Made by a program: the position numbers and the translations under genes. Positions 43,908-53,052 of a stretch of DNA of 64,000 nt are shown here, in pieces. The DNA comes from Candidatus Scatosoma sp. (GTDB lineage Bacteria; Bacillota; Clostridia; Christensenellales; Borkfalkiaceae): contig JAZNDR010000051.1 in the NCBI GenBank assembly GCA_045588185.1, forward strand, positions 5,132 through 69,131, in the 5' to 3' direction. Below the pieces are notes generated by a model. That model was not told where the DNA came from and did no database searches. It was given only the letters and a program-made list of their open reading frames with translations. Within the stretch, counting starts at the first letter, position 1; every line of letters begins with the position of its first letter.

Positions 43908-45112
43908 ATAAAATAAAAAAAATCCGTTTTGTCAAAGCGGGACTTCTAATAGTTTTTATACAATTATTCATTACGATATTATTGCCTTTTCAGCCTTTAA
44001 ATGCAATCGCTGAGGATGCTGAAAATTCGGTCCAGGCAGAAGAAAAACTAAGCGAAACTATTGCGGAATTGATAGGCGAATTAGACTTAGAAGCTCTGCA
44101 AAAATACGTGGACGAACTCGGCGCGTTTACGCAAGAAAGCGTTGGGGAACGGCTTATTGAATATATCAAAGGACAAGACTTCGACTATCAAAGCTTTGGG
44201 AAGGAAATCGTGGGGCTGATTTTTAAAAAGGTGCGCGAAATCTTGCCTGCCTTTGCCTGTATCACGGCGGTTACGCTTTTAGCGGGGGTTATCTCTACCC
44301 TAAAAAGCGGTTCAAACGTAAAAACCTCCGCAGATATGATTTTTCTAATTACCTATGCCGGCGCGTTAATACCATTGATCGGTGTTCTTACGGAATGTTT
44401 CTCGGAAACTTTATCAGGAGTGCACTCGATGCAAAAGCAAATGCAAATCGTTTATCCGATTATGCTTACCTTGATGGCGGCGAGCGGGGGAACGCTATCC
44501 GTATCCGTTTGCAGACCTGCCGTTGCTTTCTTTTCCACAACGATTGTTTCCGTGATTTCGACTGTCGTTTTACCTTTAACGGTAACGATTATCGCCTTTT
44601 CTATGGCGTCAAATCTTACGAAAGAGCTAAAAATCAGCAAATTCAGTGCGTTTTTTAAAAGTATCAATAAGTGGCTGATAGGCATTTGCGTTTCCGTTTT
44701 CGGGTTGTTTTTTACCTTACAAGGCATTACGAGCACCACATACGACGGAATCGTGCGCAGAGCGGCAAAATACGCAATCGGAAACGGAATACCTATCGTC
44801 GGCGGATTTTTGTCGGGTGGGTTCGACCTTGCGGTGGCAGGCAGTATCCTCATTAAAAATTCACTTGGCAGTATGAGTATATTTTTAATGGTTTCCGTAT
44901 TGTTTGAACCGCTCGTGCTTTTGGTGGCAACGAATCTTTCTTTGCGTTTTACGGCGGCGATTACGCAACCTTTTGGGGATAGCCGAATATCTGATTTTCT
45001 CGGCGAAACGGCGGATAATTTACATTACTGCACCGCAGGTTTGCTCTTTACGGCGTTTCTATATTTTCTGTCGATTGTCATGCTCGTATCCTTTTCGGAG
45101 GTGTTGTTTTGA
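43904..45112 (+). CDS. spoIIIAE: stage III sporulation protein AE
   Basis: 402-aa polytopic membrane protein with a signal peptide, in the expected position. Confidence 0.8.
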   Translation: MNKIKKIRFVKAGLLIVFIQLFITILLPFQPLNAIAEDAENSVQAEEKLSETIAELIGELDLEALQKYVDELGAFTQESVGERLIEYIKGQDFDYQSFGKEIVGLIFKKVREILPAFACITAVTLLAGVISTLKSGSNVKTSADMIFLITYAGALIPLIGVLTECFSETLSGVHSMQKQMQIVYPIMLTLMAASGGTLSVSVCRPAVAFFSTTIVSVISTVVLPLTVTIIAFSMASNLTKELKISKFSAFFKSINKWLIGICVSVFGLFFTLQGITSTTYDGIVRRAAKYAIGNGIPIVGGFLSGGFDLAVAGSILIKNSLGSMSIFLMVSVLFEPLVLLVATNLSLRFTAAITQPFGDSRISDFLGETADNLHYCTAGLLFTAFLYFLSIVMLVSFSEVLF

Positions 45113-45582
45113 AGTTGGACGGATATTTACTTGCAATTCTCGGTACGGTATTGTCTTCCGCAATTTTAACGGCAATCGTGCCTGAGGGAAAAACGTCGGG
45201 TACGGTAAAAAGTATAGCAAAGCTTGTGTGTTTGCTCGTTATTATCGCCCCGATTCCGAAGTTTCTACAAATGGAAAGCTTTTTCGACGAAACAAGCGAA
45301 GAAAATACGGAAACCTTTTTTTCGCAAAGTGTCATAGAAACGGACGAACGCTTCATAAATTATTACAGTGAAATGAGAATACGCTACGCCGAGCAATCGT
45401 TAGAAACGGAAATTTTAGATAAATATGCGCTTGCCGTAGAGGTATGCTTGGAATGCGCAACGGAAGATTTAAAAATCAACAAAATTACCGTAAAAACGAA
45501 TAAGGAAACGGACGAGGAGGCGAAAAGAGTTATGTGGGAATATCTAACTCAAAATTATTGCAGTGAGGTGTTAATTGAATAA
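45109..45582 (+). CDS. spoIIIAF: stage III sporulation protein AF
   Basis: Position fits. N-terminal TM segments plus a soluble domain. Overlaps AE by 4 nt. Confidence 0.65.
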   Translation: MKLDGYLLAILGTVLSSAILTAIVPEGKTSGTVKSIAKLVCLLVIIAPIPKFLQMESFFDETSEENTETFFSQSVIETDERFINYYSEMRIRYAEQSLETEILDKYALAVEVCLECATEDLKINKITVKTNKETDEEAKRVMWEYLTQNYCSEVLIE

Positions 45583-45966
45583 GTGAAAGATTTTAATCAA
45601 AACGAACGGGCAAATGCAAAATTTCCTTTTCATAAAAGCAAATTTAGGGATATACTTATCGTTGCAGTGTTGGCGCTCGTGTTGATATTTGCGGTATGGA
45701 AAATTTTTTATAAGGAAGAACCTGCCATGCAAACGGAAGCCACGGCAAGCGAAACGGAAAAACGGGTAAGCCGTCTGTTAGAAGATATAGAGGGCGTAGG
45801 AGAAGCAAGCGTTATGATTTGCGAAACGGAAGAAGGCGTGCAAAGCGTTGTGGTTGTTTGTGACGGTGCAAACGATTTGCAGGTGTTAATCAACGTACGG
45901 GAAGCCGTTTCCGCGGCGCTCGGTACAGACCAAAAATCAATAAAAATTTATTTAAAAAAAGAGTAA
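45583..45966 (+). CDS. spoIIIAG: stage III sporulation protein AG (short form, 127 aa)
   Basis: GTV start. One TM segment, then LEDIEGVGEASVMI...VVVVCDGA, matching the conserved AG ring-forming region. Confidence 0.65.
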   Translation: MKDFNQNERANAKFPFHKSKFRDILIVAVLALVLIFAVWKIFYKEEPAMQTEATASETEKRVSRLLEDIEGVGEASVMICETEEGVQSVVVVCDGANDLQVLINVREAVSAALGTDQKSIKIYLKKE

Positions 45967-45989
45967 AAAAGTAAAAAGGAGATAAATTT

Positions 45990-46478
45990 ATGTCAAACAA
46001 AAAGAAGATTGTCGTTATGTCGTCGTTAGTGCTTTTGCTGGGTGCAACAGCCGTATTTAATTTCGTGCTTGCCAACACGGATACGGTTACTTCTGCCGAT
46101 AGCGGCGTTACTACGGCAAACTATTTCACCACTTACCGTTCGGAAAGAACGACGACCCGCAATGAAGAGCTTGTACAGCTCGACAGCGTAATCGCGCTTT
46201 ATGAAGAGGGCGACGAAAAATACGAAGCGGCAACGGAAATGAAAATGGAAATCGTTTCGGCAATGGAACAAGAACTCGTTTTGGAAAATATGGTTAAATC
46301 GCTTGGATTTTCCGATGCCGTCGTGTCCGTTTCCGTGGATTCGGATAACGTAAACGTATTCATCAATTCGTCGGAACTTAATTACGATACGGCGCTTTCT
46401 ATCTACAATATGATGAAAAATGAAACGGGAGTGGTTGCAGGAAACATTATCATTATGCCCGTTTATGCGGAAAGCTGA
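45990..46478 (+). CDS. spoIIIAH: stage III sporulation protein AH
   Basis: GGAG RBS. N-terminal anchor and a YscJ/FliF-like soluble domain, inferred from position. Last gene of the block. Confidence 0.65.
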   Translation: MSNKKKIVVMSSLVLLLGATAVFNFVLANTDTVTSADSGVTTANYFTTYRSERTTTRNEELVQLDSVIALYEEGDEKYEAATEMKMEIVSAMEQELVLENMVKSLGFSDAVVSVSVDSDNVNVFINSSELNYDTALSIYNMMKNETGVVAGNIIIMPVYAES

Positions 46479-46569
46479 AAAAAGACGGGAAAAATATCTT
46501 CAAAACAGTAGAATTATTCAAAAAGATGTGTTATAATATAATTGACAGAAAATAAGGAGCTCTTTTTGA

Positions 46570-46953
46570 ATGTTCAATATCAAATTAAATTCGAAAGACA
46601 GTCAAGACGGTAAGGTCGTATACAATGCGGGAATCGTACACAACATCGTTGCGCTTGCGATTGCCGAAGTGGAGGGCGCAACGCCCGTACAAGGAAAGAA
46701 GAACGGAATTTCTCTTTACCTTGAAAAAGACGGTATTTATGCCGACGTTTCCGTCGTTGTGAAATACGGTTACAACGTACCCGAGCTTGCGTATAGAATT
46801 CAGCAATCGGTAAAACAGAGCGTTGAAAATATGACCAAGTATAAAGTCGCGGAAGTAGACGTGCATATCCAAGACGTCGTATTCGACGACACGCCTAATC
46901 CCGAAAAGGAAGAAGAGGAAGAAACGGCGGCGGATACGCAATCGCAAAACTAA
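46570..46953 (+). CDS. Asp23/Gls24-family envelope stress protein
   Basis: IVHNIVALAIAEVEGA...VKYGYNVPELAYRIQQSV pattern. Its position upstream of nusB is conserved in Bacillota. Confidence 0.85.
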   Translation: MFNIKLNSKDSQDGKVVYNAGIVHNIVALAIAEVEGATPVQGKKNGISLYLEKDGIYADVSVVVKYGYNVPELAYRIQQSVKQSVENMTKYKVAEVDVHIQDVVFDDTPNPEKEEEEETAADTQSQN

Positions 46954-47028
46954 ATAAAAACGGATTCCCTTCCTTTTATAGCGAAGGGATTTCGTCGTAT
47001 TAAAACCAAAGAGTGAACGGAGAACATT

Positions 47029-47424
47029 ATGAGAAATGCGGCGCGCGAAGCGGCTTTGAATATTATTTTTGCACAACAATTCAACACCGATTGTATGGAT
47101 ACCCTTAAAAGGAAGATTTTTCGGCAATTTAAGCTGGAAAAGGACGACGATATTTTGTTTGCAACCGATTTGATTGCAACGGTAGAAGAACATCGCGAAG
47201 AACTGATTAAGGGCATTGAAGACGCCTGCCATCATTATAAGGAAAACCGTATGAATCCGACAGATAAAAGTATTTTGTTGATCGCAATGGCAGAAATCAA
47301 TTACTTCGACGATATTCCGCCTATCGTTTCCGTGTCGGAAGCGACGGGACTTGCAAGGAAGTATTCCACGGAAAAAAGCGCCGACTTCGTAAACGGCGTT
47401 TTGTCTGGCGTTATCAACAAATAA
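47029..47424 (+). CDS. nusB: transcription antitermination factor NusB
   Basis: AREAALNIIF N-terminus and the ...EATGLARKYSTEKSADFVNGVL C-terminal motif. Confidence 0.9.
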   Translation: MRNAAREAALNIIFAQQFNTDCMDTLKRKIFRQFKLEKDDDILFATDLIATVEEHREELIKGIEDACHHYKENRMNPTDKSILLIAMAEINYFDDIPPIVSVSEATGLARKYSTEKSADFVNGVLSGVINK

Positions 47425-47437
47425 CTTGGAGTTACGA

Positions 47438-48268
47438 ATGAAAATTATAGACGGAAAATCGTACGCGGCAGAGCTTCGCGCACAGCTGAAAACAAAAATT
47501 GAAAAAGCGGATCGTGTTCCCGGCTTGGCAGTCGTAATCGTGGGCAGCGATCCCGCCTCGCAAATATACGTTCGCAATAAAATCAGAGCGTGCGGAGAGG
47601 TAGGTATTAAATCGTATTCTTACGAACTGCCTGAAAACGCCACGCAAGAACAGGTGGAATTGTTGCTGGACGAGTTGGCGGGGGACGCTCGTATCAACGG
47701 TATCTTATTGCAATTACCGCTTCCCAAGCATTTAAACGCGGAAAGTGCAATGTCGCATATTCCCTTTGAAAAAGACGTAGACGGCTTTTCCCCGCAAAAC
47801 CTCGGCTTACTAATGTTGCATAAAGAACGCGTTGTTGCCTGTACGCCGCTTGGTATTATGAAGCTTCTCGAACACGAACAAGTGAATCTTACGGGAAAAC
47901 ACGCAGTAGTGCTTGGCAGAAGCGATACGGTTGGTAAGCCTATGGCGACCTTATTATTGAACGCAAACGCGACGGTAACGGTCTGCCATAGTAAAACGAC
48001 AAAATTGAAAGAAATTTGTAAAACTGCGGATTTGATTGTTTCCGCCGTTGGAAAGGCAAATTTCGTAACGGAAGATATGGTAAAGGACGGCGCAATCGTG
48101 ATTGACGTAGGTATGAACCGCGACGAGAACGGCAAGCTTTGCGGCGACGTCGATTTTGAAAAGGTAAAAGAAAAAGCGTCTTTGATTACACCCGTTCCTG
48201 GGGGAGTGGGGCCGATGACGATCACGATGCTTATGTATAACACTTGTCTTGCAACATTTAAGGAGTAA
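47438..48268 (+). CDS. folD: bifunctional methylenetetrahydrofolate dehydrogenase/cyclohydrolase FolD
   Basis: PGLAVVIVGSDPASQIYVRNK, ILLQLPLP and TPVPGGVGPMT motifs. Start moved to ATG 47438. Confidence 0.95.
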   Translation: MKIIDGKSYAAELRAQLKTKIEKADRVPGLAVVIVGSDPASQIYVRNKIRACGEVGIKSYSYELPENATQEQVELLLDELAGDARINGILLQLPLPKHLNAESAMSHIPFEKDVDGFSPQNLGLLMLHKERVVACTPLGIMKLLEHEQVNLTGKHAVVLGRSDTVGKPMATLLLNANATVTVCHSKTTKLKEICKTADLIVSAVGKANFVTEDMVKDGAIVIDVGMNRDENGKLCGDVDFEKVKEKASLITPVPGGVGPMTITMLMYNTCLATFKE

Positions 48269-48275
48269 ACAGCAG

Positions 48276-49157
48276 TTGAACGATTTTAATGCTCTTTATG
48301 AAAATTACGTAACGGAATTTAACGCTTATGCGCAAAGCTATACGCAAGCGTTAAAAACGAAACCCTTGGTATTAGCCGAAAGTATGGCGTATAGTCTGCT
48401 CAACGGCGGTAAACGGGTACGCCCCGTTTTAATGCTGGCAACAGCCGATGCGCTTGGCGTGGAAAAGGAAACGGTTTTGCCGTTTGCGCTTGCGCTTGAA
48501 ATGATCCATACCTATTCCTTGATTCACGACGACCTGCCCGCTATGGACAACGACGATTTTCGCCGCGGTAAGCCGTCCTGCCATAAAGCGTACGGAGAAG
48601 CGAACGCAATACTTGCAGGCGACGGGCTTTTAAACGAGGCGTATGCGCTCTGTTTTAACGAATGTATGAAAGGGGAGAAGTATGCCTTGGCGTCCCACTT
48701 TTTAAACGAATGTGCGGGCATATACGGTATGATTGCAGGACAATCGGCTGACCTTTGGTTTTCGCAAAAAAACGAAGAGGTATCCGAAGAAGATCTTGCG
48801 TATATTTACGAGCATAAAACGGGTAAATTATTACTTGCGCCCGTAGCGATCGTCAGTATTCTTGCCGATAATAAATCCTATCTTGCTTTGGAAAGATTTG
48901 GAAAACTCTTAGGACGGCTTTTTCAAATGACGGACGATATTCTCGACGTAGAGGGGAATTTTGAAACGCTTGGAAAAACGATTGGAAAAGACGAAACGGA
49001 AAACAAATTGACCTGTGTTCGTTTGTACGGTTTAGAAGGGGCAAAGATTCGTGCGGACATGTGCGCGAAGGATTGCCACGCTATGCTGGAAGGCGTGGAC
49101 GGCGATACGGCGTTTTTACACGAGTTGGTAGATTACGTACTCAATCGCCGCCATTAA
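48276..49157 (+). CDS. ispA: (2E,6E)-farnesyl diphosphate synthase / polyprenyl synthetase
   Basis: LIHDDLPAMDNDDFRRGKPS (first DDxxD) and QMTDDILD (second). TTG start at 48276 follows AAGGAG. Confidence 0.85.
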   Translation: MNDFNALYENYVTEFNAYAQSYTQALKTKPLVLAESMAYSLLNGGKRVRPVLMLATADALGVEKETVLPFALALEMIHTYSLIHDDLPAMDNDDFRRGKPSCHKAYGEANAILAGDGLLNEAYALCFNECMKGEKYALASHFLNECAGIYGMIAGQSADLWFSQKNEEVSEEDLAYIYEHKTGKLLLAPVAIVSILADNKSYLALERFGKLLGRLFQMTDDILDVEGNFETLGKTIGKDETENKLTCVRLYGLEGAKIRADMCAKDCHAMLEGVDGDTAFLHELVDYVLNRRH

Positions 49158-49181
49158 AAGCTACGCGGAGGAAACGAAAAA

Positions 49182-50915
49182 ATGTTGGCAAATTTATCAC
49201 CTGAACAGGTAAAAGATTGCTCGCGGAATGATTTAAACGTTCTTTGCGATGAATTGCGCAGAGTGATATACGAAACGGTTATGCAATGCGGCGGACATCT
49301 TGCCTCTAATTTGGGGGCTGTGGAGTCCACAGTCGCACTCTTTTACGTTTTCGATTTTCCTAACGATAAAATCGTGTTTGACGTAGGGCATCAATGCTAT
49401 GCGTACAAGCTTCTCAGCGGTAGGTTGGACAAGTTCTCAACGCTTCGGCAATCGGGCGGAATTTCAGGCTTTCCCAAGCGAAATGAAAGCGTTTACGATT
49501 GTTATGATACAGGGCATGCGGGTACTTCCGTTTCCGCGGCGATAGGTCTTGCAAAAGCCCGTGATTTATTAAAAGAACAAAATGCAGTCATTGCATATAT
49601 CGGCGACGGCTCGTTTAATAACGGACTTGTTTACGAAGCGCTTAACAGCTTAAAAATTCTCAATACGAAAATATTGATTGTGCTTAACGATAACGGAATG
49701 TCAATATCGCCGACGGTAGGCGGTATGCACGACATTTTATCAAACGCAAAGAACGGCGAAAGAGCGGAGCATATCCGTCTTTTAGAAAGCTTTGGGCTTA
49801 AATATTTGGGCGTAAAAGACGGCAACGACGTAGACGAAATGGTGGACGCATTAACGGAAGCCAAAGAATCGTTGAAAACGCAGTCCGTTTTACTTCATAT
49901 TGTTACGAAAAAAGGAAAGGGATACGAATTCAGCGAAGATCACCCGACGAATACGCACGGCGTACCGCCCATAGGTTCGCCCAAGGAAAAGGAATATTCG
50001 CAGGTTTTAGGCGAAACGCTGTGCGCGCTTGCTCAAAAGGATAAAAAGATCACCGTTGTTTCGGCTGCAATGAAAGAAGCACTTGGATTAGAACAGTTTT
50101 TCGTTTCCTATCCTGAACGCGCTTTTGACGTAGGTATATGTGAAGAAAACGCGTCCGTATTGTGTTCCGCAATGGCGGCGGGTGGGTTAAAGCCGTATTA
50201 CGCTATTTATTCCACTTTTTTACAAAGAGCTTTCGACGAGATTATTCACGACGTTTGCGCACAGGATATGCCCGTTACGTTCTGCATAGACCGCGCGGGG
50301 ATTTCAGGGGCAGACGGCGAAACGCATCAAGGCGTATTTGACCTTTCCTATTTGTCTTTGATACCCAATTTAACGATTGCCGCCCCCAAAGACACGGAAG
50401 AATTAAAAGCGATGCTGGAATTTAGCGCAACCTATCCCCATCCATTGGCAATTCGCTATCCGCGCTCGGGTAAAGTTGTATTCTCAGTAGAACCTCAGCC
50501 TTTACAGGTTGGCAAATGGGAATATTTATACAAAGCAAATCCCGAAAATCAAGCCAAAGCCACACTGATTGCGGCGGGAGAAAGAAGCTTGATTATTGCT
50601 ATGAAAGTTGCGCAAAACCTCCAAAAACAAGGCAAATCGGCGGACGTTGTCAATGCTCGGTTTGTAAAACCGTTAGACATAGAATTTTTGAGTGCGTTGG
50701 CGAGCGAGCACGTTGTTACTTTGGAGGATAACGTCTACCTCGGCGGATTAGGTTCTATGATTTGCGGAGAAATGAACCGTTTGAATAAAACTTGCAAGGT
50801 GAAGAGCTTTGCTTATCGAGATGAGTTTATTCCGCAAGGCAAGGTCGGACAATTGCAAAGCGAATACGGCGTAAATTGCATGGATATAGAGAAATATCTT
50901 TCCGAAGTGTTATAA
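49182..50915 (+). CDS. dxs: 1-deoxy-D-xylulose-5-phosphate synthase
   Basis: GGHLASNLGAVESTVAL, DVGHQCYAYKLL and the GDGSFNNG ThDP motif. Confidence 0.95.
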   Translation: MLANLSPEQVKDCSRNDLNVLCDELRRVIYETVMQCGGHLASNLGAVESTVALFYVFDFPNDKIVFDVGHQCYAYKLLSGRLDKFSTLRQSGGISGFPKRNESVYDCYDTGHAGTSVSAAIGLAKARDLLKEQNAVIAYIGDGSFNNGLVYEALNSLKILNTKILIVLNDNGMSISPTVGGMHDILSNAKNGERAEHIRLLESFGLKYLGVKDGNDVDEMVDALTEAKESLKTQSVLLHIVTKKGKGYEFSEDHPTNTHGVPPIGSPKEKEYSQVLGETLCALAQKDKKITVVSAAMKEALGLEQFFVSYPERAFDVGICEENASVLCSAMAAGGLKPYYAIYSTFLQRAFDEIIHDVCAQDMPVTFCIDRAGISGADGETHQGVFDLSYLSLIPNLTIAAPKDTEELKAMLEFSATYPHPLAIRYPRSGKVVFSVEPQPLQVGKWEYLYKANPENQAKATLIAAGERSLIIAMKVAQNLQKQGKSADVVNARFVKPLDIEFLSALASEHVVTLEDNVYLGGLGSMICGEMNRLNKTCKVKSFAYRDEFIPQGKVGQLQSEYGVNCMDIEKYLSEVL

Positions 50916-50916
50916 T

Positions 50917-51705
50917 ATGCGAGCGGATAAATATTTTGCAGAAAAATTCGGTTCGCGCACGAAAGCAGCGGAAGCAATTGAAAAAGGTTGGGTGCTTGTC
51001 AACGGAAAAGCAATAAAACCGAAAGACGAAATCAAAGAAACGGACGAAATCGTTTTTATACAAGCGGAAGAGAGCTTCGTATCCAACGGCGGATATAAGC
51101 TTTCGAAAGCGGTAAAAGAATTTTCTTTTAATTGCAAAGATAAAATTTTTGTGGATATCGGCGCGAGTACCGGCGGTTTTACCGATTGTCTGTTGCAGTG
51201 CGGTGCAAAAAAAGTATATGCTGTTGACGTTGGAGAAAGCTTATTACATGAAACGCTTGTAGGGGATAGTCGTATCGTTACTATGGAGCATACCAACGCG
51301 AGATACCTTATCCGCAGCGATTTTTCCGATAATATTGACGGGGTAGTTACGGACGTTAGCTTTATTTCGTTGCGGTTGATATTTCCTGTTATTAAAGAAA
51401 TTTTATCAGACGAGGGCGATGCGTTCGTTTTAATTAAACCGCAATTTGAGTGTGAAAACAAAAATATTGGAAAAAGCGGTATCGTGCACCCGTCCGCGCA
51501 CGCAAAAATTGTAGAAAAAGTATTGTCCTATGCTACTGAAAACGGTTTATATCCGTTCGGCATCGTAAACGCGCCCATTCGAAAAGGGAAAAATATAGAA
51601 TATATTTTACACGTAAAACCAACTTACCTTAGTGCTAAATCGCCCAAAGGCATGGTACGGGAAGTGGAAGCGTTTATAAAAAATCATACAACCACCAAAG
51701 AATAA
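50917..51705 (+). CDS. tlyA: TlyA-family rRNA 2'-O-methyltransferase (S4 + FtsJ domains)
   Basis: RADKYFAE...LVNGK S4 domain and the DIGASTGGFTDCLLQCGAKKVYAVDVG SAM motif. Confidence 0.9.
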   Translation: MRADKYFAEKFGSRTKAAEAIEKGWVLVNGKAIKPKDEIKETDEIVFIQAEESFVSNGGYKLSKAVKEFSFNCKDKIFVDIGASTGGFTDCLLQCGAKKVYAVDVGESLLHETLVGDSRIVTMEHTNARYLIRSDFSDNIDGVVTDVSFISLRLIFPVIKEILSDEGDAFVLIKPQFECENKNIGKSGIVHPSAHAKIVEKVLSYATENGLYPFGIVNAPIRKGKNIEYILHVKPTYLSAKSPKGMVREVEAFIKNHTTTKE

Positions 51706-51726
51706 ATACGAAAGACGGAGAATGCG

Positions 51727-52533
51727 ATGAAAATCGGAGTTCTGGGCAATAAAGCCAAAGTAAAAAGCGAAAGCGTAATTGAAGAAATTATCGAATTATT
51801 GAAAAATGAGGGGTATGAAACCAAGCGTTTTTCTTCGCCTTTGGAAGTAGAGGGTGTAGACGTCGTCATCGTTCTTGGCGGCGACGGCGCGATTCTACAC
51901 TCCGCAGTCATAGCCGCGCGCAATAATATAAAGATAATCGGTATCAACTACGGGAATCTCGGCTTTTTAACCGAATACGAAAAAGACGAACGGGACAGAA
52001 TAACGGAGCTTTTGTCGCTTTTAAAGCAGGAAAAATGCCGTATATTAAAGCGTAGCCTGTTACAGCTGGAAGTTGCCGGAAAAACCTTTTTTGCGCTTAA
52101 CGAAATAGCGTTACAGCGTGATTACGGGCTGTCTGCGACGAAAAACACACAAATACTTCGCTTGGACGTACAAACGCACGAGGGGAAAGATGTTATCGCG
52201 GGCGACGGCTTACTGATTTGTACGCCAACGGGTTCAACAGCGTATTCGCTTTCCGCGGGCGGTGCTATCTTGACGCCCGAAGTTCCTGTATTTATGATGA
52301 CGCCCATTTGCGCGTTTTCCATGCGTACCCGTCCAACGGTATTTTCCGACCAAGAAGAATTTGTCATCAAAATCAAACGCGGGAAAGCGATTTTGCTCGC
52401 TGACGGACTTGCGGTGGCAGGTTTACCGGAGAATGCGGAAATCCGCGTTAAAAAAGCACCGTTTACGGCAGATTTCCCCGTACGGGAAAATTCCGACTTT
52501 TTCAGCAAAGTCAGAAATAAATTAAACGAGTAA
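51727..52533 (+). CDS. nadK: NAD kinase
   Basis: GGDGAILH and NYGNLGFLT motifs. Confidence 0.9.
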   Translation: MKIGVLGNKAKVKSESVIEEIIELLKNEGYETKRFSSPLEVEGVDVVIVLGGDGAILHSAVIAARNNIKIIGINYGNLGFLTEYEKDERDRITELLSLLKQEKCRILKRSLLQLEVAGKTFFALNEIALQRDYGLSATKNTQILRLDVQTHEGKDVIAGDGLLICTPTGSTAYSLSAGGAILTPEVPVFMMTPICAFSMRTRPTVFSDQEEFVIKIKRGKAILLADGLAVAGLPENAEIRVKKAPFTADFPVRENSDFFSKVRNKLNE

Positions 52534-52573
52534 GTTAGGCAGTAAAAATAAATAAAGGGAAAGGTAAGGGAAA

Positions 52574-53026
52574 ATGTTACGAACAGCAAGACACGCGAAA
52601 ATTTTGGAGTTGATTTCGCGGAAAGAAATTGAAACCCAAGAGGAACTTTGCGCTGAACTGAACGCACTCAATCTTGTGGTAACGCAAGCAACGATATCGC
52701 GCGATATACGCGATTTGCATCTTTTCAAAGTGGCGGGTATCGAGAAAAAGTACCGTTATGCGTACATAAACGACGGCGAGAGTGAGGTTTCTCCCAAAAT
52801 GAAGAGCCTCTTCCGCGATTGTGTTGTTGCGGTAAAATCAGCGAAAAATCTCGTTGTCGTTAAAACATTAACTGGCAACGGGGCAAATGCAGGCGCTGTC
52901 GTAGATAAGCTTAATTACGAAGGGATTGTCGGTTCGGTTGCGGGCGACGATACGCTTTTAATCGTTTGCGATACGGACGAACGCGCCGAGGCGGTCGTTG
53001 CAAAGATAAACGATTTTATGAAATAA
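52574..53026 (+). CDS. argR: arginine repressor
   Basis: RHAKILELI...ELCAEL...VTQATISRDIRDL winged helix. C-terminal GTVAGDDT-like GSVAGDDTLLIV. Confidence 0.9.
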   Translation: MLRTARHAKILELISRKEIETQEELCAELNALNLVVTQATISRDIRDLHLFKVAGIEKKYRYAYINDGESEVSPKMKSLFRDCVVAVKSAKNLVVVKTLTGNGANAGAVVDKLNYEGIVGSVAGDDTLLIVCDTDERAEAVVAKINDFMK

Positions 53027-53052
53027 GGATTTTACTTTGAGGGCGTACGGAT

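Noticed and set aside
46585-47577. 330-aa antisense ORF opposite asp23, nusB and folD
   Set aside because: The opposite strand encodes three strongly recognisable conserved proteins. The antisense product is Arg/Phe-rich low-complexity with no motif.
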